NCBI RefSeq assembly: GCF_963676685.1
Contig: NC_092352.1
Location: 56,358,001 to 56,422,000, forward strand
Direction: 5' to 3'
Source: Mytilus edulis
Lineage: Eukaryota
Length of the DNA: 64,000 bases
Part shown: positions 1 to 13,700 of the stretch, piece after piece
Position numbering within the stretch: the first letter of the stretch is position 1
Layout: each line of letters starts with the position of its first letter
Translations under genes and position numbers: made by a program
The notes under the pieces: model-generated
What the model was told of the DNA's origin: nothing
What the model saw: the letters and a program-made list of their open reading frames with translations, nothing else
Database searches by the model: none

Positions 1-327
1 TATATCTAACTTGGTAAGGGTCATTTGAAAAATTGTATGAATTTTCTACATACTTTTATATCCAAAATAAGTCATGATATATAATTGCGCATGAGTTTCC
101 TTTGAAGGCTTCTGACCCCAAGCATTTATATTAATTTTTGTAAGCGGAGTTTGAAGGAGCAATCATTTTCGGTCAATTGAATAAAGTCATTATCATAAAT
201 AATTATTCTTAACACTAAAACAGATTGTGGCATTGTCCGTCTTTAGCCAGATCTATATGGCAAAACAAACTAAAGGTTTGATCCATTTTTCAATCCGCCT
301 ATCTGTTCTATCTGTAGAAAAATAACT

Positions 328-402
328 GGTTTGATTCCCGGAAGGGTCAAACCAGACTTCAACATTGGTTTTTGGTGCCTTTTTGCTTAGCAGACAACAT
401 TT
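328..402 (+). mobile_element. Degenerate SINE fragment (B box + V-domain-like segment)
   Basis: ggtttgattcccggaagggtcaaaccagac...attggttttt...gcttagca. Confidence 0.45.
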
Positions 403-705
403 CGTTTGCTTTTATAGCAAAGTACGATCTGTTAGAGTATACTTGGTGTTTACGGGTATGATTTGGCGGATACTGACGGTGTTCCGGGGGTTGAAATTCA
501 TATCGCATGACCTTGTAGTGAATAAGGTTTGATTAGAGATTAGACGTTTATTACGTATTCACCATCACCATTATTTTTTCTTTAATATTCCATAAGATAC
601 CATCAGCAAAGTTAGAACAAAGAAGTTAGCGACAAAACAAAATCAATTTTCTTACAATTTTTTATTTCAACATATTTGGCGAGGTAAAGTAAATCAAAAC
701 GTTAA

Positions 706-1065
706 GGGCATACGATACAGTTTTGATCTCGTATTTACGTTTTGATAAAAAATTTCATATAGACTATTTTTTACCTGATTAATTCAAATATGTTAAAATA
801 TACTTCCATGAAGTCGAAATTTTGTAAATTTGCTCAAAATTCGGATTTGTGGCCGTATTTTTCCTTTCGAAAGAAAGACATAACTTTTTTGTTTTAAAAG
901 ATAAACACAAATTGTTTTTGTTAGATGATTTGTAATATCTGTATTCTATAAGTATCCTTAAAATTTATACATTTTTTTATTCAGAAATAACTCATATTTA
1001 TCAAATGTTCATGAATGTAGAAAAAACATCATTTTTTGCTGTATATCTATCAAATTTAAAAAAAA
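706..1065. mobile_element. Truncated copy of the 26458-27026 MITE
   Basis: Same left TIR and collinear internal sequence; no right TIR. Confidence 0.75.
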
Positions 1066-1687
1066 ATTTGGTACCAAAAGGTTCCAAAAAAAACGGTGAA
1101 TCCGGAATCAAAGGCCTTTGAACTCCAAGTTTTAACCAGAGGGAAGAATTGTTTTTTTGTAAATTATTTTACTAAAAATCAGTATAAAAATAAAAATGTG
1201 AGGTATAATTGCCAATGAGACAACTCTCCACAACGGACTAAATGACACAGAGATAAACAATTACATTTTTTTAGTTAACCCCGTACAGCCTTCAACAATT
1301 AAAAGAGCCCATACCGTATAGTCAGCTATATAAAAGGCCCCGCTTTTGTTTCATTTTATGTATTCCTAACCCAAAAATAATAAACAGATAGACATTAGAA
1401 CATATAAACATTTCCCACACTGATAAGATCCAATCATACTTACATTTAAAATTTATAAGTAAAATTGCTTGGGAAGAAAATAAATAATGAAAGGTTTAAA
1501 CATTAATTTGCATTGTCATAAGATAGTGACTTTATGTCTCTAGTGAACATGCTTTAAATTGAAAGTTAAATCACTACCTATATCATTGAGAAGGAATATA
1601 TAATACTTAATTTGTTTACACTTTAATTTAAGTAATTCTATAATGGAGTACTTACTTTACTTTATTTACATATCAATTTATTTACAG

Positions 1688-1725
1688 GAGATATCAAAAT
1701 CGTTGTCAGAACAGAAGTTTAATTG
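1688..1725 (+). CDS. RADIL: RADIL-like small exon (EISKSLSEQKFN)
   Basis: ttatttacag|GAG...TG|gtatgt; 38 nt, phase 2 matches the next exon; the peptide resembles the EKTKELAEKQ segment preceding the RADIL DIL region. Confidence 0.7.
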
Positions 1726-4700
1726 GTATGTATACCCAAAATAACAAATGCTATAAATACACTTGGAATTGAATTTTGAAAATGTGCAATTACCTTCTTT
1801 ATCTCACACTAACAGTCACAAAATGTAATGAACGAATGAAGCTTATTCCTTAGCCACTGATCAAACTTGAACCACTTAAAGTTCATGCATCTATAACATT
1901 TACATATAGATATAGATGAACCCTTAAAGGATGTCTACTTGGTATTTTCAATGAAGGCATTGGTCAACAGAGATGTTAAGTTTCCATCATTATATAAAAA
2001 TGAAAATAAATTTTCCCTTAATATCGTTCCAACACCCGAACAGAAAATTATGTTAAACATGTTGAAAACGCATGCATGAATCTTGCGTGGTTTGGGAAAA
2101 CACCAAATAGTAAATTATTAATGACGACGATAAATAAATCAAAAAGTGGAAATGCAGGGGTTTTCAAAAAATGGAGATTCAAGCTGGTAAGAATCAAGGA
2201 TTGAATAGGTCTGTCGACATTAAATGCAATTCATCCTGTAAATAGTACAGATTCCTCTGAAAATTTAATTTCTTTTAAAAATTTAACATTACATACAATG
2301 TATTGTAGCAAAGAAGGAAAAAGGTCCGATTCTGTTTTGTTTTGTTGGGTCTGAAATTTAAACTGCGTCGTACATTAACCCACCCGTTTCTTATATTTGT
2401 CGTTCCTTAGTTCACAGATTTGTACGCTATAGTTTCGTATGACATTATTTTTGACATTAGTAAAATCGTTATTTGAAATACAATAGTTTTGAATGACATT
2501 ATTTTTGACCCCATAACCATTTTACGTACATTATTTTTGTCTTTTAACATATGAATAAATACGCTGTGAAAATTGAAAAAATCTTATTTGAAATAAAATA
2601 TATTAGAATGACATATGCAAGCACTTATTTACGTACATTTTGGGGGTATTTTTACATATCAGTGATAATTGCGTCTTGAAGATTTAAAAAAAAAAAAAAA
2701 ATGTTGGTACATTTGCATCTGCAAAAAAAATAGTTCGTTTTAATATAAAAACACCTTTAAAACACAATAATTTACATGTTCCAAACCCATAAAATAGGAA
2801 GCTATAATCAAATAAAAGTTAAAGTCATAGCAACCTCCATTTATTTTATAATAATAAAATTGAGAATGGAAATGGGGAATGTGCCAAAGAGACAACAATC
2901 CAACCAAAGATCGGAAAACAGCCGAATGCGACCAATGGGTCTTCATTAGTTTTACAGCAAGAACATTCTATATTAGATAATTACATGTACATGTATATCA
3001 CTTCCGGATCTTTTCTATGTTAATGTTTAAAAAAAAACATCTAGTACTTGTTCTTTATTGTAGTGGACTAGTCAGAAACAAAAGGAATTCATCTGTGACA
3101 GAGGACTTTTTAAAATATGCGGTTAGATGGATGTCAAATTGTGTTCAATTGATTCTGTTTCTCAGGAAGCATAACTTTAAACTTCCATTTGTTGGACGGA
3201 AATTGTCCGACGATGACCCACAATCAGCATTCAGAAATCTAGCAACAGGTCTTGAAGAGATTGTTGTGTTCTGCTTCCAACAGGCGATCTATGCAATAAC
3301 CAAGGTAAGCATTGTGACAATATAATATTTTGAGCAAAGGGGCGAATATCAAGCAGCCCCATCAGTTGTCGTCACATTGAAATATTTTTCATTAGACATA
3401 CACCATTTTTAAGAGGGATCAAAAATGATTATTTTTTATGAAAAGTAAACTAAGAGACACATTGTAATGCACAACCTATATGAGTTTCTTGTAGATGTGG
3501 TTATTTTGTGATCGGTAAACGTTATAATAGACGGACGTGTCAAACCGTATTTGTAGCAAATCTAAGGCCAACTTAAAAAAATATGACAGTTAAAATAAGA
3601 GTCCATAACTCTTGAATCACAGATCAAACAAAAATCATATTGTCAAAATTGTAAGAGAGCTTACTGATACCAATTCCTAAAACAGCGACAACAGTAAAAT
3701 TGAAGTCCCACCGAATAGAAATATTGTTGTTCATGACGTTTGATCGTTACAAAATATGTCCTACGGATGTTTTTTGTTTGTGAACCAAGTTTTTATAACG
3801 CAAATCTCTGATAACCTTTCCCTTTCACCTATGCTTACTCGTGGATCTTAATTGGAACAGTATTTCTTAATCTAAATCTCTGCTTAATGTTTTATCAGAA
3901 CAAGTGTTTGTATTTAGTATATTCTCTTTTTTTTTTCTTGAAAGATCAATTTTTCGATTTATGATTTATGAGTTACTCCTTTGGTATTTTTCGCCTCTCT
4001 CTTACTTTAGACACCTATTTTCATTTTCATCGGCGGAAATGATGCTACATTGTTGTTACAGGCAGTGCATTGTTTTTTGTATTGGCATAGAAATGACGAT
4101 CAGTTCTTTATGTTTTTTTTAATTCAGACAAAATCCCATAAAGGAAGACATCCATTTCACCACTTGTTTGCCGGAACCTTCATGTGCATCATTAACTACA
4201 TACACCCAAACTCTATCGCCAACAGCCAAATGTACCATTCCAAACGCTGTACCAGAGTCATATTTATTCGTTGCAACGCCTTTTGAATAACCTAGCGCGA
4301 ATTGAACACTATCCGAATTCTTTGTTATCGCGAATTCAATTCTGGCATCGGGATACACTAAAAGTTTTGCAAAAAATGCATACAGTCCTGCTCGAGGACA
4401 AGTAAATATTCCTGTTGGCCCGTGATATGCGTTGTGTGTGTTAATAAGTACTGATTTGAAATGGATCACTTGATTATTTCCAAGGTTTGAAATAGGATCC
4501 ATCATCTCGGCAGAAAATGCTACTGCACCATCATCTAAAATATTACATACATCTATATATTACAAAACGTCAAATAAAAATAAGAATAATTACAAAATGT
4601 ATAATTACTCGGGTTTCATATTCCTGTACCAAGTCAGGAATATGACAGTTGTTATCCATTCGTTTGATGGGTTTGGACTTTTGATTTTGACATTTGATTA

Positions 4701-7700
4701 GGGACTTTCCGTTTTGAATTTTCCTCGGAGTTCAGTATTTTTGTGATTTTACTTTTTTCGGAGACTTTCCGATCTCGCACTCTTTCCTGTGCATGTACAT
4801 TTGTAGCTTGTTATCACACGAACATAACATGCGTTTTTCGTATATAGCATCTTATCTTTCGCTCTCACTGCATATGGAATTTACTGACCCCATATATATC
4901 GTATGAGGTCACTAGCACACTATGTAACTAATAATACTAAGTTGTTGGTAAAATGTATTGAATAAAGATACTGAAGCATACAGTATTTCTTGTCAATTGT
5001 TTGTGAAGCAAGGGTTGTATGAAAAAAACTATTTATTGATTTGCACATATTTTGTCAGTTTAAAGAATATTTCCATAATTAAGAATAGTTTTTTTTAATT
5101 TAGTCATGTAAGTAACTGTTTAAAATTTTGATCCCATCATCAGAAAATAGAAAGTGTAATTGAACGTAAAAATAAATGTGTGATTTTCATTAAATGATAT
5201 GCACGAGGGTCTGGATGGGGTTCAAAGAATAGAAAATAAGTGACCAAAAAATAAAGAATATATGAAAAATAGGTCAACAAAAGAATAAGAATAAAGATCA
5301 AAATTTATAAAGAAAGAGGAAAATGACTTAAGGGGGTTCGCGGGTCTAAATCATTTATATAGGATTTCTCTATATTTTTCTATAAATGAACTTTATCTTA
5401 TAGTTAATAGAAAAATAAAATAAAAAAGTGGGGTCACCGTTCATTTGCGCCCACAATCTGCCTTCGAAAGAAGCATATATTTTTGTAAAGGTGTTTTTTT
5501 TCTGTTGAAGTAATAGGAGAAATAAAGTTAATATCGAAATAAAAAAAAGAAATGTATTACAGAAATCGCTAAAATTTTACAATAATTTAGTTTAAGTACA
5601 GCTTATATGGAAATTATATTAAAAAAGATAGGTCACCGATGAGTTGAAAAAGATATTTCAATTTTAGAGCCAAAAATGGCATTTTTCCACCAAAGGGAGA
5701 TAATTTGGAACTTTTTCAATGATGTATACATTTTAAAAGTCATCTGGGGCCAACACGAATTGATTGTTTTGAATGAATTTTGTACCATAAGATAAAGTAA
5801 CAACTACAAAAGGAAATAAATAAAATTTGTAATGAAAAACAAATGTTTGATTTTTTTCTGAAATTTTTATACCCTCGAGCCTCCTTAAATGCAGAATTGA
5901 TGGAAACTTTATTCCAAACATCGCATATAGTATTACCATAAAAATTTGAGACTTTACCATAACGTTATGTGCACTTGTAATTCATTATAAAATTATATAT
6001 AAGATGTGCAACCACCTTCCGGATCTGTTTGCATGTCGGCGCCATGAGCCCAACGTTTCTTTTATTCTGGTGTAATGCTGGTGTTAGAATGCAGGATTAA
6101 AAGCGGAATATTTACTATTGTTTATGTCATTTGGACCCATGTAGAGAGTTGCAATCATACCACATCTTCTTATTTTTATAAGAAATGTGACGAAAAAAAA
6201 TAGCATTTAGTTTCAAAAATATTTATCCAAGCGTTATCTGCCATTTACTGTACTTAAAACATTTACTCACGTGACTAAAAGAACTCGTGGCTATAAGTTA
6301 TAAATAGATTTGATCTTGGTGTTCTTAAATCAGACAACGAACTTTCTGTACTGTAGTTACATGTACCTAGATATTTCAGTATTGTTTTATTTTTGCTGAA
6401 GGTGTGTTTTGTGTATGGCCATTGTGTTAGGTTTTGTTTGGGTTTTTTTTATCGGTAGCCGTCTCATTCAATTTTGGTTGCAGCACATGAACTCTTGGCG
6501 GTGTCATTAAAACAGGTTTAATTTATTTTGTTAAGTCCAAATGTATATTCGTCCTTCTATGTCTGACTGATTCGAGATATTAAATTCAAAGAGTGAGTTA
6601 CACTTTCTGCATGTTAAAATACAAAAGCAATTCCAGATCCGCCTGTCAATTGCATACTACAGAACACAAGGAATCGGAGTTAGTAAACTGGCCTTCCAAC
6701 ATCAAAAAACTTATAAGATCGAAACGCCTGTCTGAAAAGACTCAAAATATTTGAACAATCCTAAGAATATTGTAAACTGTACGGAAACCGTTCTTGGCAT
6801 ACTTTGGTTGGTTTGTGACAGTTAAAGTGATAGTCCATAATCTGGACTCATAGATCAGACAGAAAACATATTAGCAAAATTGTAAGGGAGCTTACTGTTA
6901 CCAATTCCTAATACAGCAACATTATTAAAAAGGAGTAGGTTCAGTAAGACCCCTTTTTGGCCCAAAAATATAGCAGTTTTACAAAATTGTTTAAATGTAA
7001 GCTTTCAGTTATTTTTTGGAAGGTATAATGCCTCTGCTACATAAATATGGGCTGTTTTGGGCATTACAATGCACTTTTATCGGGTACTTGCATCATTAAG
7101 TCATGCTAAATTACTGAAATCTTCACAATTTCAGCATTTTAGTTAAATTTTAGACGGTTTCCGTCTTAAATGAAAGTGGCCGCATTCCTGTTCATTCTTG
7201 ATATTGAAATGTTAGTTGTGTTTAATAATAATACATAACATATATAAAGGTCGAGGATGAACACGGTTGAGGCCACTTTCATTTTTGTCAAGAACCATAT
7301 GAAAAGTGACAGTGTTTGGCATATTTGATAGATTTTTCATAATAAAGCTTGAAGTGGAGCGTTTTTAATGAGTGAATCAGTTAAAATCTTTCACAAAAAA
7401 TTGAATCAATTGAAATAGACATTTAAGTGTTTAAAAAGTGTCCAAAATCTTTCGTCAGATAAACTTGAAATTTGAGGCCAAAACCGGCCCTTAACAGACC
7501 TAATCCTTTCCGCCGAACAGAAATACTGTTGTTCATGACTTGTTTAATCGTTACAAAAATTACGTAAATCTACTACGGATGTTTTCTGTTTGTGATTCAA
7601 GTTTTTTATGTCACAATTCACTGGTAGCCTTTCCCGATCACTGGCCTAAGCTAACTCAGGGTTCCTGATTGGCACAGTGTTTCTCCATCTACTTCTCTGT

Positions 7701-10700
7701 TTGATGTTTTATTAGAAGAAATGTTCGGGTTTAGTACTAGCACTAGTTTGGCTTTATAAATATTTTGCTATGAGCGTCACTGATGAGTTTTATGTAGACG
7801 GAACGCGCGTCTGGCGTACTAAATTATAATCCTGGTACTTTTGATAACTATTAGTATATTCTCTTTTCTTTTTTCTTCAGTGATCAATCTTTCGATTTAT
7901 GATTTATTTGGTATTTTTCGCCTCTATATTATTTCAGACACCTAATACTTTTATTTTCATAGGCGAAAATTATGCTACTTTGTTGTTACAGGCAGTGCAC
8001 TGTTTTTTTAATGGCATAACTATGACATAAATATGGCAAAACCAAAAGTCTATCAGTCCTATTTTTATTAATTCAGACTAAATCCCATAAAGGAAGACAT
8101 CAATTTGAACACTTGGTTGCCGTCACCTTCGTGTGCACCCTTAATTACATATACCCAAACTTTATCACCAACAGCCAAATTGATTATTCCAAACTCTGAA
8201 CCAGAGTCATATTTATTCGGAGCAACGCCTTTTGAATAACCTTCTGCGAATTGAACACTATCGGAATTCTTTGCTAAGGCGAAATCAATTCTGACATCGG
8301 GATACACTAAAAGTTTTGCAAAAAATGCATACAGTCCTGCCTGCGGACAAGTAAATATTCCTGTTGGCCCATGAAATGAATTTTGGGTGTTAATAACTAC
8401 TGATTTGAATTGAATCACTTGATTATCTCCAAGGCCAGAAATAGAATCCATCACCTGGGCAGAAAATGCTACTACATCACCTAAAATAATACATATAGCA
8501 ATATATGACGAAATGTTTAGTTTTTTAAAGTTACTGGACTTTTTTTTAAGATAAATACAATAAATATGAAAACAACACGCTTATCAAAACTGTGAGTCAA
8601 AATTTATGCATTGTCACAAACGATTTATGACTAAATTATTTGATATCGCGGATGAATTGAAAATCGGCAATCCGATCAAAAAAGGGCAAATAAGTATCTG
8701 GGTATGTAATAATGCAATTTAATCCAAAACGTATACTTGTAACGGCACAATTACATCATTTGGTTCAACGCATGCATAACACTTTTTTACAGAAGAAAAA
8801 AATAGTCAATTCGCGACACATGAGTTTCTCCAACAGAAAGAAGATAAATTGAATAAATAATTTTGACAATGTTTACACGGGGTTTCGTATAATGTGAAAT
8901 TATTATTCAAAAGGGCATTTTATCTTTAATCGACATGCATACTGTTTGGAGATACTTGAATAGTAGATCCACCATAATTTGAAAAACATGTGTTATGTGC
9001 ACATTTTTGCCGAAATTAGGTTACCGTATCTCAGTGTTGAACTTAATAAGTTCAACCCAACTGAACAGGGTTGTCTGCCTATAAACTTCAGATATTTCTT
9101 TCCGTTTTTTACCTGATGCTGAACCAGGGTCTATAGACCGGATCTTCCTCCCAGAATAGATTCCATGACCGAGGGATTTCATCCTTTTCTCAAATGGTCC
9201 TTGTTCGGCAACACTGCTTTTATTCATAATATTCTCACTATTTGAAGCGTCCACAAATTCATCCTTTGAATTCCGGTTTCTTTGAAATTGTTCTACGGAG
9301 TTAACTCTTCTTTCTAGTTCTTCATTCTTTGAAATAAGATAATTGACGGTTTCCTTATGAGTCTGTTCCATTTTTTTTATTTTATCTTTAAGGGTGTTCA
9401 TTTCTGAAACCAAGATACGCACACTTTGTTCGAGAGTTAATTCTGCATCTGTTAAAACACTTTCAACAAATGGGTTTGAATTAATCCCACCAACAGCAAC
9501 AATGAGCAAAAATAATTGCAAACGCAACATCCCTGTCCTAATTTGAGTTCCTCGATGCCTTTAAGAAAGATTGCGGAAGGTAATCTTTAAAAAAAAAAGT
9601 GACCCAAAGATAACCTCGATATCCTAAAAGAAAGACATATTTTGTAGACATTACGTAATTTGGCATATTTTAGTAAAGTTAAGATCTGTTAAAACTAGAT
9701 ATTATCTACAAGGTCAGATTATTTAATGTTGTCGTTGTTTTAAAAGTGTGCTTAGCGTCTTGAAGCATTCATTTAATTTAACATAAGACTACCTTGTAGA
9801 GTACACATACATGTATCAACGTTACATATACATACATCTCAAATAGATTAAACGAACTCAATCCTGTCTATAAATTATAAATGATTTAATCTCGGTGATC
9901 TTTCATCAGACAACGAACTTTTCGTTCTGTCGTTGGTTATTTAGTATTGTTCATATGCCAGAACTAATCTTGAAGTCTGGTTGCCATATTACTCTCGCAT
10001 GTATTGCATTTTTTATATGTAAATAGTGGTTCTTTGGTAAAGATTAGTTAGGCAAAAATATCACTTTCATTGAAATAGGAAACTTTCAATTACAAATCTT
10101 TGAGCTTTGACATCAAATTTTATGATTTTAAAGTACTATATATATCTAGTACATTCTACACAAATAAACACTATTGAATGTATGTTGAGATCTATTTTAA
10201 TGTTGGCCTTGTTATTTCTGTGTAAAGTAAGAAAGTTTAAGTTATCAACTGTTTTTTTATTTTTTGTTTTTAGTTTTAAACATATTTATTTACAGTGGAT
10301 TGGAAAACAAGTTAGTCCTTTCCATTTTGCGGGTGCGGCTGCTGCCTTGGCCTGTAGCAGTATCACCCTGCTCTTTTTCGAAATCTACAAACAAGGGTGT
10401 CTTTTACGTGCAACAAATATTTTGCTCTCTCTTAACACGGATCAGCCATTTATCGTCCCCTTCCAACGAACTATCATTGTTTCTCAAGACCATACTCGCA
10501 AATGGTGTCAAGGGAGAGCCGAAAATTTTCTCCCCGGAACTTGGATCGAACCAGGAACATTTGTGTTAGTAATCCGATGCGCTAACCACTATACCATTAT
10601 TATTCTAATTATGGTTTACTAAATATGGTTTGTTTTGGTCGATGCCTTTCTCAATTGTTTTTGGTTGCTTTGCATCTCTCGTTGTAGTTAGTGCATACCT

Positions 10701-13700
10701 AGCTTCAGTATATTTTTGAAATCATTTTAAACAAGTGACCGATCATCAAAATTGATGAAACATATCTGAAATATTTAAAATCACTTTTAAATCACCAACA
10801 ATGAGATATTTCATTGTTAAAAGCAAAATCATCTTAAGTTACACTTGATCTAATCATTACTCATTTAAATTGTTATGAAAAATTCCTTGGAGCATAATTT
10901 TTAAATTAAAAATAAATTTTTGAAACCATTAAAAAATCGTTATTTTTCTATAATTTGACGTGAATGATTTTCCACTTATAGTGTATGTTCAATTCAAAAC
11001 CAATCCAACCTATATTTAATGATAATAAATTGAAATTATACTAAATTGTTATAGTAAATCGTTTCATCGAACTCAACTTCATACACTGACGTTATTGATT
11101 CTTTGTTATTGTATTGAATTATGCTTTAGTAGTGGATACGGACAATATATTTTATCGTAAGATCTTTACAGAATCATTTCAAATAGTGCAAAACATTATT
11201 TTAAATTACGCTCCCTTTGAATTCAATCACATTTAATTTTAAGTATATCTACACTTACTATGTTGAAAAATAATTGATTTCGTATTGTGTCCATCAGAAT
11301 AAAAATAATTATAAAAGTAATTATATAAGTAATTGTATAATTTACTTGGGGGTTCCTTAATATCTAATTGAAATCTATTTAATTAGAAACCTAGCTGAAA
11401 TACTCAGTTGAATATAAATACATGTATACCACTTCTTCAATCAGGGACAGTCTGTACTCAGTACAGTTAGTATAAACTGTACCTGCTTCAATAAAGCATT
11501 TTTTCTTTGATTGTGATATCCCAGATGAAGGTTTTTGAAATTCTCAGTACATGTACTTAGAAAGTGAAGTGTATTAAATGCATTAACTGATTTATTTTTT
11601 GGTTAAAGTCCTCGTCCTGAAATTATGTTATATCAGCCACTGGACTATAAAAACAAGCAATTTGTTCTAGTTCGACGCATGTGCATAACAAAAAATGATA
11701 CTAAACTCTTCAATGTGCGTAGGCCTACTTCAAAACTAAAAAAGACACACAGAGCATTCGTTTTTAAAATATCAAAAATATAATTTCCCATAGATTTTTT
11801 TATGATTGCTATACTTGCTTTGTTCTAAACGTGCATTTTTTATATGTTTTATTTGTAATCATGCAGTATCAATGGAAAGCTTAATAAAGCTACACATTCT
11901 GAGTACTAATATTTGTCTATATATATAAACCTTTTGAATTTTGATCTTTTGATGCACAATCTAAAATCTAATACAGTAACTTCAGTTGTGTAGTTATGTC
12001 ATACAAAAAAGTAAAAATTACGAAAATTCCGAGGGAAATTCAAAACGGAAAGTTCCTTATCAAATGGCAAAATCAAAAGCTCAAACACATCAAACGAATG
12101 TATACATGTCACAACTGTCATATTCCTCAATTGGACAGGTATTTTCTTATGTAGAAAATGGTGGATCAAACCTGGCTTTATAGCTAGCTAAACCTCTCAC
12201 TCGTATGCCATTGTTACATTGTTACGTTTTTCATTTCCTATTTCCTTCATATTGTATTTCAACACTTCAACTTCATTTCAGGCTCTCTATGGATTACTTG
12301 GAAGTGTTCTGGATAAAAATCCGTTTACAGAGAGTGATACCATGAGCAAGAGTAATGGAATGTCGAAAATAACAAGTGTATTCGATGCTGTGCTTCGCCT
12401 GACAAACTCTCAACAACTGCATCATGACGTACTGAAACAAATATTCATGTATCTCTTCTTTTTCTGTAGTACCTCAATATTCAACAAATTGTTTGCAGAG
12501 GGTAAGAATCAGTATAATGTATTATCTTTGAAAGGAGGAGTAGAAAGGGGTGTTTTCCCGAATTTCCCGAATTCCAGGAAAGTAAACACTGAATCCCGAA
12601 TTCCCTTCAAAAACTAAAGCCCAAATTCTTCCGACACTCTTTCAAAGGTTTCAACGTGATTACACTTATACTTTTTTTTTAAATGTTTTAGTTAAATTCA
12701 TACTACCATGCACTTTTATACTATTACAGATTAAAATAAAGACGATAAAAAATTCATCTCATATCCAATCACAAGCAATCCACAAACCTATATACCATGA
12801 CCATTTCCGGTCAAAATGGGCACCAACAGAGATTCCGGTAAAAATTCAACGTGATCAGAAAAAATGTTAGACGTCGTAAAAATAGAGAGATTATGATAAG
12901 ACGTCAATAGTTCAAGTCTCAAAATATCTCTATTAAATGTCACAGACCGATTTCTAAAAAGCGTTAAGGTCTATTGAATGATGAACATCAATCTAAAGGA
13001 ATTTGATTGCGTGACTCCCTGAAATTGTGGATAAAATACACACCTACTCTCTTTAAGGTTGTATAATACTGCATTAACAAGATAAAGTCATAAAGACAAA
13101 CCCTTATATTATAGATCATTCCTGTTTTGATTTCAAACAATATTTCATGAGTAGTGTCAATAAAATGTTTAAGTTAACAATTTATTTCAAATTTAATAAT
13201 GATTTACTGTATTTTGAACAACAATATTTAATGTTATAGCATGACGAATCAAAAAACACTCTCAAAATTACACGGTCTGTGCAAGCCAAGATTTCCTATG
13301 CATGAAACATGTGAAAGTAACAGCACTTTTGAGTTATCGAGAAACTGTATGTGTGTTTTATGTGTAAATGACCAAGGATTTACATATATTTATAGGACAC
13401 ATCAATAGCGCTTTTTGACTAACTTATACTATAAAATCAATACGAGCAAGTAAAACTTACAACTGAGAATGTTGTCATACACTGAAGATGAGCTGAAACA
13501 GTTTGATTGAGTAAGTTGAGGTTGGAGCTGACATTTCAGCAACTGTCAGTAGTCCCTTGTTAATTTATGTATCATTGATGACTCATTTTGATTAGTTTCT
13601 TTCGTTGTGCTATTTTGACATCGGACTCTGACATCATTTCAACTGAGATTTACTGTGCGTATTGCTGTTTGTTTGTTTATTCTACGTTAGGGGTAAAGGG

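Noticed and set aside
6010-6045. Short ATG-initiated segment as a replacement exon 1 for the orphan C1q exon
   Set aside because: No signal peptide, no convincing phase-1 donor and no clear homology to 9113-9530
10525-10598. tRNA gene on the minus strand
   Set aside because: A and B boxes are present but the acceptor stem does not pair and a SINE-type body follows; this is a SINE head
10107-10622. 171-aa ORF
   Set aside because: Antisense read-through of the SINE and AT-rich flank; no domain or splice support
13480-13505. CTGAAGA...GAAAC as another hammerhead
   Set aside because: No stem II or stem I pairing could be built
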